Shown here: one piece after another, positions 39,801-52,344 of the stretch
Layout of the letters: every line of letters begins with the position of its first letter
Position numbering within the stretch: the first letter of the stretch is position 1
Origin: Ascidiella aspersa
Taxonomy: Eukaryota
Direction: 5' to 3'
Length of the DNA: 64,000 bases
Assembly: GCA_963924565.1 (NCBI GenBank)
Contig: OZ004611.1
Span: 24,552,001-24,616,000, forward strand
The notes under the pieces: model-generated
The model's input: only the letters and a program-made list of their open reading frames with translations
What the model was told of the DNA's origin: nothing
Databases searched by the model: none
Program-made: the position numbers and the translations under genes

Positions 39801-42112
39801 AATAGAGGCGAAACGAGCATTGTCGACCAACACCAGATAAATATGGCCGTCAAAAAAGTGGTAAGCGGTCTTTTCAGCAGTTTCTTCTTTTGTACATTGG
39901 TGACAGCCAGTCTGAATAATAGACAAACATCTTGATGTGGGCTTTTAGCTAGAAGTAATACAAACTACCCACTAGGAATGTAAACCGCTTTACTTTCACT
40001 TTTTATTTTAGGCAGGTCTTATCAAACAAGTTATTTTCCCTTAACGACTTAAAACCAAGTCAAGTTGTTTGTCTCAAAGACTTAAGTCAATCCAATTTAT
40101 TGACTGGATTGTGTTATTATCCTTAAGGTATGGTTATTTTTTCTCCTAATTAGTTTTAAAGTGAAGGTAATATGTTGAGGCGAGGCATTGTGTTTTTCAT
40201 TTTTAAATCCTAATAATAACTACGTGGATTTCGTTTTCCTGTGGATTTTAATTTTTTTTACTAAACGCTCCATGCATACCATATGGCACTTTTTTAAATA
40301 AAATTTAAGCCAAATTGAAGTGCTTGAGCGTAACAACCAGTTTCTTGTAACTATATCAACTTATTGACTTCATTTTGCTAATGACAAAAGGACTATTTAA
40401 AATTCTGTCGTATGCTGAATAAATTCCTTTTCTAACAAACTCCCTTAGAGCATCGTTGGCAAAGCGGGAATAAATGAAGAACGAAACATTACTATAAACC
40501 AGATGTAAACGACACCGTTTTATAAACTGATTATATATGCCCATTTTCTCCACACTGCACAAAGCCGTTAAATCATAAATAAGGAACACAGTACATCAAT
40601 AGAATCTGACGATTCAACCATTACTTGTAAATTCTAGAACTAAAAGCAAAAAAATTGTTTGAAAAACCTAAAAAAAAACGAACTTGCCTTTGCGCGCTGA
40701 TAAACATGAGATTTTCGATGCTAGCGTTGCAACTGAGCACCAGCAGAAAACCGAGAAAGGCACAGACGGGCTCTGAAACCACGCTCTTATTGTGATTCAG
40801 CATGTTGGCGGCCGTGATCGGAAAAAGCAGGGCAGTAACTATAAGGTCTGCCAGCGCAAGGTTGCAGATAAAGATGTTGCCGGTCATGCGACGAAGCTCC
40901 TACGAAAGTATAATGTAATCAGTGACTGGATTAAACCGGTTTGAAGCGGTTCGCGAAAATGATTTCTACTTGATGTTGCGATGGCGGACAAACATATTGT
41001 TTTTGAGCCCTGCAGTGAAATTGCCTGTTTTTTACGATCCATTCACACAATATAAGATATTTCAACACCTTTTTTCTGTCGATGACATAAGTTTGATTTA
41101 CATCCAAAATTTAATGTGCGTTGGATAGCAATGCTTCAGCTTAACATCGTTTGTGGAAAACACGAACTATGTAAAAAGCATACACATTGTACAGGACTCG
41201 CTCAATGAGGCTGTGCAATTCAAAGCGTCAAATTGGGCTGTTTAAAATCGCAAAAAATCTGCCTTGCCGTTTATTTTGTGAGGTGTATATGTTTTCCAGC
41301 AGTAGATTTGTAGAAAGCTTAACGCAACCACGATTGGTTTTATTAGCCTTCTTACTATAAGGGACTGTATATTTTAGATTTAGGCCTAAATGCCAAGAGA
41401 TTAAAATGATTGAATAATAAATTAACAATTTGCCCTAGTGAGTGGTTTAACAGTTTTCAAGAAAAGTTAACTTACATTTTTTTGTTAAATTAGTTAAATA
41501 AATTACCTTCCAATTTATTTTAATTAGTTATATCCGATAATATCGAATCGGAGCCGATACCCGATGATAAGTTGGTAGCATCGGTGCTCGTCCGATTCTA
41601 GGGAGGTATCGGTGCCGATCCGATATCAAATTAATATATAGGATTATTCAGCCATGTTTTTTTTATGCAATCTAACTCGGCAATTTCTCCCTCGAAAGGT
41701 ATTTTTTTAACAAATCGTAAAATAATAACTGGACTTAACCAATCTTATTTACGTTAAAGCAAATTGATAATTACCTAAAAATATCATTAAACGTTTTAAT
41801 TTTTTAATTTAATCTATTTTTTGGCATTGTAATGACGACATTCGGTATAGGATCGGATTGCGAAAATTTAGTGAGAAAAATCGCGTATCGATGTCCAGTA
41901 TCGGATATCCCTGATCTAAATACGTTTTCTTTTTCTTTTGGTTTACAAACGATAGGTCTACTTGGCAATCATGTGTGACTTGTGCTTACTTGCTGGGTGA
42001 TGACAGCGTAAACTATAAGAACATTTCCTATAGTTCCTATCACCGAAATCAGGATCATCACAGTAACAAGAATGAGTTCAGCTGCTGATAACGCTTCTTG
42101 CGTTTCCAACAT
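33886..42112 (-). CDS. Class A (rhodopsin-family) GPCR, melatonin-receptor-like orphan, 7 exons, 345 aa
   Basis: Exons (minus strand) 41990-42112, 40688-40899, 39748-39911, 39122-39245, 38311-38492, 34482-34617, 33886-33982, total 1038 nt, phase-consistent. TM1 GTIGNVLIV, TM2 GNIFICNLALADL, TM3 Cys, ECL2 Cys (MCAW), TM5 YFVPL..CY, TM6 CFLVSWTPY, TM7 NSSINSFIYGW. The melatonin-like label rests on remembered TM1-TM2 similarity only. Confidence 0.9.
35858..36120. mobile_element. hAT-type MITE with CCGATA subterminal repeats
   Basis: TIRs TAGAGATAGACCGAT / ATCGGTTGATCTCTA and an 8-bp TSD CTTAAAAG / CTTAAAGG. Related fragments at about 41530-41915 and 46890-47170. Confidence 0.8.
37573..37618 (+). 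ncRNA. Minimal type I hammerhead ribozyme
   Basis: Stem I TTCACC/GGTTAA (one mismatch); core CTGACGA; stem II GGCGGC-ttgtat-GTTGCC; GAAA; palindromic vestigial stem III (AACGTT); cleavage triplet GUU. It lies within a 142-bp insert (37541-37682) flanked by ACACTGAT direct repeats. Confidence 0.75.
37738..38080. repeat. tRNA-containing repeat, second locus, with an inverted partial arm
   Basis: 37738-37975 is a minus-strand copy (tRNA-like unit plus about 150 bp of trailer). 38015-38080 is an inverted copy of part of the trailer. Clearly homologous to 15425-15920. Confidence 0.75.
37894..37969 (-). ncRNA. tRNA-like cloverleaf with a non-canonical anticodon arm (tRNA pseudogene or lookalike)
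   Basis: Acceptor stem GCCUGCA/UGCAGGC, D arm GCUC-AGUUGGUA-GAGC and T arm GUGAG-UUCGAAC-CUCAC are all perfect. The anticodon arm CGGUCC-CGGCUU-GGACCG is 3 nt too long. A T5 run begins 6 nt downstream. Confidence 0.6.
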
Positions 42113-43882
42113 AACTCTGAAGCTTTGGTTTCCTGAATACAATTAACACTTTAACGTAAAAAATGTTAGTCCAGAAATTACTCAGGTTGGATTGTAAAAT
42201 CTAAAAAAAAGTCTTGCAATTTTTAAAACAATTCAGGTAATTGTTTGAACCATATAATCAGTCTGAAAGATTGTTCTCTCATAATATAATGCTATACACA
42301 TTCAGTTATCCACATGTAATTGTCATACAACTAAACAATCTGCGAAAATAGTATCATACTTATCCAATGTTGTTGTTCTTTGTCTCAACTCCATTGTACA
42401 CACAACTGAGCAATATTGACCGTACAAGTATTTTAATAAAAACTGTCTTACCAACTTGATTGGAAACCCAGTGTCTTGATCCGGCCTCATCGGTTGTATT
42501 CATAATGTTGCTTTCTTTGCGAGAAATTACTCAAATACTGTGGATTCCCGATTTGCTAAAACTATCGAAAGTTAAATATTTGGCACATTTATTTTTCTAC
42601 AAATTGTTTGCTTGGCAAGTTATATTTAGACCGATTTTTTCAACTTGGTGCTCTATGAGTCTATGTCGCCTGTCTTTTCATTTTTCATCGAATTGCCTGC
42701 ATTATCTTTGCTTTGTAAAGAAGTTTAAAATTGAATATTTTGCTACTAATACTTTTTTCATATAGCACTCTTTATAGTAATCTATCATTATGTCTGTTTA
42801 CTCGTTTTCGAATCACATTTCCTGAGAACAAAACTTGTGCACTTTCGTCTATGCTATAATCCTAATTTTATTTTCACGTTTAAGCACAAATACATTTTTG
42901 GTTTAGCTCTATATTATGATCAAACTTTATAGTTTCACGTAATTGAATCATTTAACATCCATTATAAGCGTTATTTGCTCACTGCATGTACTGAAATGAA
43001 AATGTTAGGACTGAAATGTTAAGTTCTCTCTTAAACTAAAAAGAGCCCTTCAAACAAACTCTCTTAGTGCACCATTGACAATGCGAGAATAAATGAATGA
43101 CATCGTTGCAATATAAACCAGGTGTAAACGCAATTAAACGGCACCAATGGATAAATAGAGTATATGTCCATTTTATCCACACTGCACAAAGCCAGGAAAT
43201 CATTAATTGCGGGCTACAGTGGCATAAATGGAAAACGATTCAACCGCAATAGCGTATGAATTTTTAAACTGAAAACAAAAGATATACAACAATACGTTTC
43301 TTAATACATAAAGGTTAAACGTATACACTGGTCATTATTTTAGAGTAAAATGTCGTGGCTTTTTGACACTAATTGAATTGAATTCGGTTGATTTTACAGT
43401 TTTACTAATCGCAAACAAAGTGCCACGAACATAAAGGCTGAAGGTTTAGTTAGACGAAGCAGTGTTGAAAATCAATAAAAATATATCCAAAATGTTTAAA
43501 AAGGTAACTATTGTGTTTGGGTTTGATATTCCTATACTAGGATGCCAAATGGTTAGAATGCTTTTTACTAAAAGACAAGAACACATAAAATTAAAAAAAT
43601 CCGCGTTTGACGTGCAACTTAAAAATCTGCGTTTGGAACTACATGAACCGAAAAGCATTACTATAGCTGAAACGCCCACATAAATAACGTTAACCCACAG
43701 TTGTTCCCATTTAGAGTAAAACCATAATTTTTTGGAACTTAAAAAATACACACTTGCATAATACATTTTCAGGATACAACTTAACACAGCGGACGACTGA
43801 GAAAAAACGAATGTTACGTAAATTAGGTCGTTGGCGACTCGAATATTAGCCTATATTGCAGCATCTACAGTACAAATTAAAG

Positions 43883-44520
43883 CAGGGTCTGTAGAGCCGT
43901 AGTCGGACTCGAGACTATTTTGGACTACGGAGTAGAGAAAGACTCTTATAGACTCTTATAGTGCGCTTGTGCAGTAAGTTTGGAATCGATAAGATCGCAA
44001 CTGCAAATTGGAATGGTTGAATAACAGATGGTGAAAGATCATTCAACACCAAATTGTGGTGCTTTTGAGTTAAAGACAACCCTATGAGCGGATTACTGTA
44101 TGTTTGCTTTATTTTTAGGGGGATAAGTAGCACATAGGATGATAGAGTCGGTTTCGGATTTGGGACTCGGCGGAATCGTTAAATTTGGCTCGAGTTGGAC
44201 TCAGGACTCAGGAATGGGACTCATTTTTATGTTTTCGGTCAACGTCGGACTCGGGTTGTACAAAACCGACTCCGCAGCCGGCTTTAAAGCAGGGTTCGGA
44301 GTCGGACTCGACATATTTGGTTTGTTTAGCTAGAGTCGGACTCGAAACTCGGGACTCGAGTAAGACATTACCAAAATTTCAAACTAACAAGGCAGCCAAC
44401 TGTAAATTGTAAAGGTGTACGAAAATCGCACATTTTGCCGGAGTCGAACTCGGGACTCGGAATCGGGTAATTGTTTTGTCCGAAGTCCGACTGTTATTTT
44501 AAACCGACTCCACAGTCCTG
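43883..44520. mobile_element. MITE of the GGAGTCGGACTC family (copy 1)
   Basis: Ends CAGGGTCTGTAGAG.../...CCGACTCCACAGTCCTG with many internal GAGTCG/GACTCG units. Duplicated at 61509-62130. Confidence 0.7.
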
Positions 44521-44537
44521 CTGCAAAGTATCAGTTT

Positions 44538-47500
44538 CTAAGCCAGTCCTCCTTTCCGACACCTTTCGGTGCACATCACCAGCGCAGCGCTGAGCAGCGA
44601 ACAGAAACCGATTATATAATACAGGCGTGAAATCGGCAGAACGATGCGGTCTTTTCGTGGGACGTAATCGAACCCATAACCGCTTTCCTCGAGCTCTATC
44701 AAGTAGCCGAAGTTGTTTAGAAACAGTTCGACCCGATTCGAATCGTTGGCCGGCACAAGAGCGGCGTCCGTGATTTGTGCGGCGAAATTCTCGGAACCGG
44801 GCCAGAAACCGCGGTGGATGATTTTACCGTTGCCCGTCGCGCGATCCATCAGGTCGTAGACTATGTGCCAAGCCTGAAAAAAGGCCTCCTTGTTGGAGCC
44901 GATGTGCCACACGAACGGGCCCATGTAGTGCAGCGTGCTCGGGTACACGTTGTCGTCGTACACCAACTTTATGTTGGTCGTGTTCTTGCCCAGTTTCGTT
45001 CGCAGGATTCCGGTAATGAACACGTCCTCCAAATGCAAGTCGTACCTGTCGATCAAACAGTCAATGAAATTTTATTTGTTTAACTAGTTGTTTTCGTTTT
45101 TTGATTGGTTATTTAAGAGCGACCCCCTAAACTAAAGTTTTAATCTATGAGAATTACATCTGATTTAACGTTCTGTCGACAACCAAACGCAAGCGTTACA
45201 AAAATGGGTTTAAAGCAAAAATTTACAATTATCTGATAGACCGCGCTGTTAATTCACACAAAAATTAATACTGCAATTTCGCAAATCAATTGGTGGACCT
45301 TTTGTTATCGCTAACCTCCAAACTGCGACAAGCTTTATTTTATTATTATGTTCAGAAAATAAAATGTACTGACATCATGTTTTAAATAAATGAACAAAAT
45401 ACTCTTATGTTTTATATTACGAGCGTGAAGCATCGATACGTTAGCTATAAGCCATCTAGTGTCACCTTGGAGTGATTTGAGCTTGCCGATAGATGTCGCT
45501 CAACATGGGGAACATCATCACGATAAAACCTCCGTGACAAAACGGAGCCAGATACCCGAATGAGTAGGTTTCCTTCGAGAGAGAGTACTTCCCCTCTCTG
45601 TAAAGAAAGCTTTAAAGTTAAAAAGATTCTGAAAGACTAAAACAGGTGTATTGCAGTCACGGCTGAAGTGTAAGCGTTGAAATTAGTAGGACAAATACAA
45701 ATACACATATTTGTCTTCAAAATAATGGAATCAGGCGGTTATGTTTAAGAAAACCTTTTTGAAATTTAAATGTCTTGCTTACTTAAACCTCTACATTAAG
45801 ATAAACTTTATAGTTGAAATTGTATTACATATTTATTGCCCCAATGATTTAAGACAGGGGGTTTCTAGCAGCTTATAGTTTTAGGAAATGCTCCACTGTA
45901 ATAAGCGGTGGCGAAAAAATTAACTTCAACCCTAAACCCCGTGAACACAGTTTATTTTTTTTGTTGTTATCGTAATTTATTTGTTTATAATTCTTGTAAA
46001 ATAGCGTTAGAGAAACGGAACTCTACCTTGCAGGTCCAATTTGTGCGCTGTACATGAATGGACAGTGCATCGTTCCGTCTTTGACGAACTTCCGCTGATT
46101 GGTTGTGAAGTAATCGTACGTCAGCGCCATATTGATGACGCAATCGTCGTCCGTAAATGCGTAGTAATCGCTGACATCACCAGTGACGTAGGTGACCCAT
46201 TGGTAGGCTGCCAACACTTTGTCGGGCAAGGTGGCGTAGTCATCATTGATGTCACATTGGAGAATGTCGCCGTATTTTTTGTTTTCCGCTTCTATTGAAG
46301 CCTGTAGTGTTTTGTTTTCTACTCTTCCCACAAGGAACAATGTGACAAACCTGCAGAAATTTAAACAACCTGAAAATCGTTAAGTTAATCGGAAGCCAAT
46401 GCCCGATACCAAGGTGTACTATTAGTATTCATCCAATACTATGTGGCAGACTTGGGCAACTAGATTTATTTTAGCTTTTTAAAATTAGATTAGAATTAAA
46501 ATTAGAGCATTTACTGAAATTCCTAAAAAAATAATTTTCGACTAGAATTTGAACTAGAATCACATTTAATTATTTACAATTAATTTGATTTAATCGTAAT
46601 TTATTCTTATAAGAACGCGAATAATAAATATTTATGTGCTATTTTTTTTGTTTTTAGACAGTAAAAATTACATACATGTCGTTCAAACCAAAGAGTTTAA
46701 AATTGAAATTCTGTGTTTTAACTAAGAGACTAAAAATGCCGTTGGACAAAGTAGGATTTTTGGTGAAATCTGAATTAGATTAGAACTAGAATTAGAGCAA
46801 ACTAGAATATTACAAATTGGATTAGAAATAGAATTAGCCGCATTTGCTCTAATTCAATGAATTTAAAAATTAGAATTATTTGGAAGTCTGCGGTATCCGA
46901 TATAGGGTGGTAAAGACCGATGCGATATAAAATTTATCTAGGAATCTCAGCCGTGATTTGCTATTCAATGGGGGAAATCCGAAAGATAAGTTTATCAACA
47001 AATGTTTGGGTAGAAACTGGAAGTAAATAAACTTATTAACGATAAATTTCGGTCTAATAACCTAATACAATACTTAATTTAATTTGGTATCGAATCAGAT
47101 CGCAATATTTTTATGATAAATATCGGGAATTCGGTATCGGAATAAAATGACAAATACAGGGAATCCCTATTAATATGTATATAGCTTTGATCTTACCACC
47201 TCGTGTGATATATCAGCAAGGTGTTTACTAAAGAAGACTTGCCTGCGATGGGGTAATAGCACCTCAGCCAAAGTAAGCTACTTTAAACCAGTGTTTTAAA
47301 AGCAGGTTATGCGAAGGGTACATTTTATAGTGTCTACTAAAATTACATCGAACACTATATAGTTCTGGTAGTTTGGTCAAGAGTTGTGAAATGAAATTGG
47401 AGCTTTTGTACACCAGTGCTCGTTAGAAATCACTTCAATTTCGTACACCTGAAGCATATAAACTGGCACCTGATATACCGTCAAAAACGGCAACCTGCAT

Positions 47501-50500
47501 TTATTAAAATTTATGTCGTCAGATAAGCAAAAATCGAATCGAGGGCACAAACCCATGACATTTGTCAGGGCGGTCTACAAATGCGTTAGTTTAGCAATCA
47601 CGATGCCAGGATGATACAATGCATGTGGTTACCCCAAAGCGCCCAATGGTTCTTGGCCGATGCGGCTTCCTAACCAGCACGGTGTTAATTAGCACAGATG
47701 TTAAAATCTTCATTTAGCTCACACCTCTTACCTTCTGTTGTTAATTTTTGCTACAGCGCCCCACGACTGTCTAACGTTGTTTCTTCGCTCTCTCGAATGC
47801 ACAGCCGTTTTCACGATGATCAGCATGAATATTTTCCCTTTACTGAAGTCGAAAGCATTCGGTCTGCACATGAGAGAACAACAATAATAATCTGTTAGAC
47901 ACAGACACGGTGATAAATCCGCAAAACATAAACTTGCATTATACATGCGCAAATTTAGTAAGCGCAATTTTCGTAGCTTTGAAAATCCATTTTACTGGTC
48001 ACCCCAACCTTTCGTAAATAATTTTTATTTAAAGAAATCGACAACTTAAAAGCACCGCAAGTCCATGTGCTTCGACAGTAAATTAGTTACATTATATTAA
48101 ATTACCTATTATATTCATATAAATTACAAGGCCACGGACAGCTGATCCTTCGTCTCGTAAAACTTTAGCATGAAGAGAAACTAGGCCTACTTGTGAGGAT
48201 TCAGTCGATAAACGCTCTAGTCCAGTGGTTCTTGATTTTTATGTAGTTTGTTTCTGTGCAGCCTTACTCCTGTGGAGTCAATATCTTCGCAACTTGTTTG
48301 TCCAAATGAGCTCGACAAAAACCAACACAGCGAGCTCGAGCAATTTTTTGTGTGCCCATTACGTCTGGTCTCCTATATAAAAGGTTACCCTAATCAAACC
48401 AAATAAAGGCAATTTTTTGTCGCGCGATTAAGAGTTAATATTTTGTATTTTTCTGTTATCTTAGTGATATGTAATCGCAAAATACGGAATTGCTTTTAGT
48501 ATGATATTTATTTTATATGTACGGGGACGCAAGGAACATGACAATTACCAAAGGGGGCACGGTAGAAAAAAGAACCACTTCTGACCCTAATTTCTAAAGA
48601 ACTAATTTGCGTTCATTTGAGGACTTGCATAATATAAAAATGGGCGACTTCCGAGGTACATGCTTCAAGCTAACGATAGGTTAATATGTGCATATTACCT
48701 TCAGGTTAATTAATTCGGAACTTAAAATCTTGTTTAATTGTTGTCGCCCCTTTATGAGGATGCAGCTGACAGCGATATTGCCCGATAGCGTCGCGCCTTC
48801 CTATTATAATACGGCGGTAAAACGACACTCTATGGTTAAGTCAGTGTTCCCCAACCCTTTTTAGCGGCCACCCTAATACTAAGCGTAAGTACAACAGTAG
48901 TCCAATTATCTTCACTGAACTTTTTATAAGCGAACAAGAAAAGAAAATAACATTTTTAAGTTTAAATTTAGTTAACATAATCCAGGTCTTTCTATTGCTT
49001 TCGTGGTTTTCCTAAATTTAGAAAAATTAAACGAAGTCCTGCTCAGAACCAATTTCAATAATTCTAATCAGGTGAACTACTGCAGTCGGCGACCAAACAA
49101 ATACAACGGCGACCCAATTTGGGGTCGCGACCCATAGATTAAAAACACTGGAGGTGCGAATTGAACTATCCCACCGGCTACACGCGCTAAATGTATATTA
49201 ACCTGCCCAACTTACGAAGTCACCAACACCAAATTTGGTGGAACTAACACAAATTTGGAAACCCGGTGTTTTAAAAAAGACTGATTTTAATCCGTTCCGG
49301 TGACCGATGTTTATGTTGAAGTTATTTTTCAACATGACTTACCTATCTCAGGTTAATTCAACAAAGTCAAGTTAAGGTATTCGAAAACTTCGACACCGTA
49401 CGCGTCTGGTAATAGTATAAATTGCTTACTGCAACAGCCATTTGCTGGTAATATTCCTGGGCTTGTGTTCCTTTTTAAAGTTGTCCGGCACATTATTGAA
49501 TTCCGTTCTTTTGTCTGGACCGTCCAGCAACTTACGCTCCAATTTCCTAAAAACAATAGTCCAGATATAAGGGCATCTTTTCTGCTAAAAAGAGTTGTCC
49601 ATATCGTGGTGCAATATGACCATATTGTATCGTACATAACGCCTGAAAAAACCATTTTGTCGACTTTGCGAGTTAGGTCGAACGCAGGAAAACAGCAGGT
49701 TTTTAGTAATTATTTGTTTTGACGGCGCCACGTAATGACGAACCAATTTTAACATGAAAGTTTAAAGCGTTTGACACGCGAAACGCGTGTATTACATTCC
49801 TGGAGTTAGTATATTCATGGTTTCATTTGGCACTAAAAGCGGCTTGAGTTTGATTGTTCTGGTGCGACAAAAAAATTTACCTGTTGCATATATTCTTGTT
49901 CAGTTACAATGGCCCGTAAGTGTCTCAATTTTAATTGCAAGGCTTCTAAACACCGTACAGTGTTGCCAGTTGCCCCATGTCTGATTTAGCTACTTTCTAC
50001 TCTACTGTGAGTTTTTCATATTGTGAGGCTCACCGGACAACAAAATGTGGCTAAATAACAATTGCCTTATACGTTGGGTTTTCTTTGTTGTTTGAGCATT
50101 TTCAAAATTTAGATCAATAGTAAAACAATCTTGTAGCCATTTAGAGTAAATACTTGGTCTAATTAAACCAAAAAGCTCAAATATATTTTGGCTTCGCGCG
50201 GGACTATGGTGTAGAATCATTTTTTATCTTTCTCTAGTAAAGGATGGCAAAATATTGTATTTTTAATAGGGCCTATATATACATTTGTTTTTTTTAGTTT
50301 TTTGTTTTTTTTTAACACGAAAACAAAACGCTATGGCATAATATCTAAACCTGTTAAATTAAGTTTAATATGTTTGCCGCCTTCTTCTTGCATTTATTTA
50401 GACTTTACTTCAGTTATATATTTTTTGACTCAAATTAGCAGGTTTCTTAGGTCTTCCTGTTTTATCAATTTATAACGACCTCTCTGAACAATTTCATGCC

Positions 50501-51808
50501 GACCCTGGTCCACGCGAACCAGAAATATTTTTAGTGGTTCGGGTTAAAAAGAAGTTTAGGAAGTTTAATAACCCCTGCCTTAAATCGACAAAATCTCTCA
50601 CCTGAGTCCTTTATTTCTTTGCGTTTCGACAATCAGACGTGCTGGCTGAATGTGTGAATATATCTTGTTGCTAATAAATGAACAAAACAAAAAATGTTTG
50701 AACAACAAAAGCCGTTTATTAGGATTCAATAACTATGTATTTCGAAATCACATAGCCTACTTTGGGGTCGGGGTGGATTTGAGCCCATTTGTTTTAAGTG
50801 GATTAGGGCCTATTAGTTTGGAACTTTTTAGTTTGTACGAAACTTCGCATTCAAGCATTCAAAAGACTCGTGGAAACTTTACAGTCGTCGAAATCGCACC
50901 ACGACTTTGGCAGCAATTTGTCAGATTTAAAACGGAAATTTTCGTGTTCGACGTTGTCAGTTCTCATCGTTATGTAGTTAAGCCGGAAATACTATTAGGA
51001 TGCTACATTGGTATTGCTCGCAACATTACACAAAATAAGCGTAGCACATTTTTGCCGGTTTAGCATTCCAATTTTATCGTTTTTTCGAACTGAATCTAAA
51101 CCAGGAGACAGCTGACTCGATGAACCTTACGGTCTTTCGCTGTCTCCTGGGAACGTCAAATATTTCAAAACATTGTGATTTCGGCGATTCTCGTTTTTTG
51201 TTTTCGTTTTTTGACGTTCCAAATAAAATATTATCCTTATCCTTATAGACCCATCTAAACTTTTTAATCCTAGATTTCTGGCAGAATATTTGGCAACAAT
51301 TTAAAGCTGCCTTACAGCACTTACATTTTAAAGCTCATTTTAATGCCATTGGGTCAAGAAATACTTTATTACATAATTGTGTTCAGCATTTAGATGTTCT
51401 GAAACTGCCTATATAATCGATCGCGTTGAAACTATGATAGAATTTAATATGACCCCTTTTTGAAACAATATTTAGCATTCTATTTTCTAACCATGAGAAT
51501 TTCGCTTTCGACACAATTTAACGACAAATATGTTTGGTTTGTTAAAGTTGTCTAGAGAAAAAAGACCCTAATTAATCTGTCAAAATAAGTTATCCAATCG
51601 TACAATGCTGGACACAAAGAGTTATTGAAAACGTTATATACTTGTAAACAGGACTTCCGCGCTTATGGTCTGTCAGAGTTGGCTGTCTTTTCTGTCGAGG
51701 AAGCTGTTTTTGCCACAGAGAATTCACGTTGCGTTCCATCGCGATGAACAAAGCAGTGCATGCGATCCCGATCAAAAATACGCTGAACAAAAAACGATTC
51801 TTGTACAT
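44538..51808 (-). CDS. GT31 beta-1,3-galactosyl/GlcNAc-transferase-like protein, copy 1, about 459 aa
   Basis: Exons (minus strand) 51642-51808, 49430-49546, 47732-47863, 46027-46350, 45466-45597, 44538-45045, all introns phase 2, total 1380 nt. N-terminal signal anchor FLFSVFLIGIACTALFIAM; motifs RRNNVRQSWG, LFLVG, E..KYGDILQ, D.Y.TL..K, TDDD (DxD), PFCHGG, LEDVFITG. The stem-region exons are less certain than the catalytic ones. Confidence 0.88.
46447..46890. mobile_element. MITE rich in TAGAAT/TAGATT units
   Basis: Inverted ends CAGACTTGGGCAA / TTTGGAAGTCTG with repeated TTAGAATTAG-like internal units. Confidence 0.5.
48842..49150. mobile_element. hAT-type MITE
   Basis: Ends CAGTGTTCCCCAACC / GATTAAAAACACTG with GCGACCC subterminal motifs. 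No TSD visible. Confidence 0.6.
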
Positions 51809-52344
51809 AATTGACCCTAAACCGACTCTGTAAAACATAGTCAACTCACATAAAACAACATTCATTTGTCCTCCATTTATCTCTAAACCTGATGTTCTAC
51901 GAATGTCGCATGTGTCTTAAAATTGTTCGAAAGATAATTAGGCGGCCTCTTATGTTTCAAGCTTGTGTTGCCTTTTCGACTGGTAGATATAATAGACTGC
52001 ATCAACGTCGTTTTTTATGGACCGTTCTTGTTACATCTAAGCTGCTTTCAATACGTTCACAAAAGCGTGTTTTTACTCATACAAGTTTCTTCCACCAAAA
52101 CGACAACCAGACGTTTTCGTGAAGGATTAAAACAATGCTGGTCCAACCAGGGATGACGTCAAAGTTACAAGCTGCGACTGTTTCCCAATATACAACTCAT
52201 TTTTTATAAGAAGAGTTCAATTACGGTATACTATAGACCAGTGATCGGCAACCGCCGGTCCGCAAGGAGTTCGTTACCGGTCCGTAGCAGGGTTGCCCGA
52301 TTAAAATTTTGATTTAAACCCAACTCATCGGTTGTATTCATAGT

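Larger units (their letters stand above)
42486..52323. repeat. First unit (about 9.8 kb) of a tandem segmental duplication carrying the GT31 gene
   Basis: 42486-46330 aligns at high identity to 52324-52344 plus 60128-64000, the second unit being interrupted by the LTR element. The junction is at CTCATCGGTTGTATTC. Confidence 0.9.

Noticed and set aside
42358-42395. Upstream coding exon for the GPCR (ATG GAG TTG AGA...)
   Set aside because: Its donor is phase 2, which is out of frame with the receptor and leads to a stop. At most it is a uORF.
43900-44520. Repeated GAGTCGGACTCG units as a CRISPR-like array
   Set aside because: Spacing is irregular, the units are short and degenerate, they are bounded by TIRs, and the context is eukaryotic. 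They are MITE subterminal repeats.
44775-45083. Plus-strand ORFs 44775-45083, 46041-46298, 62385-62693, 63711-63968 and 20064-20270
   Set aside because: They are antisense shadows of GC-rich real exons.
49881-50645. Extra GT31 stem exons at about 50602-50645 and 49881-49945
   Set aside because: The splice-like signals look good, but the frames that fit the flanking phase-2 introns contain stops, and the model is complete without them.
922-51808. PGM3 and GT31 as a functional glycosylation cluster
   Set aside because: They are separated by unrelated genes and lie on opposite strands, with no evidence of co-regulation. Chance neighbourhood is sufficient.
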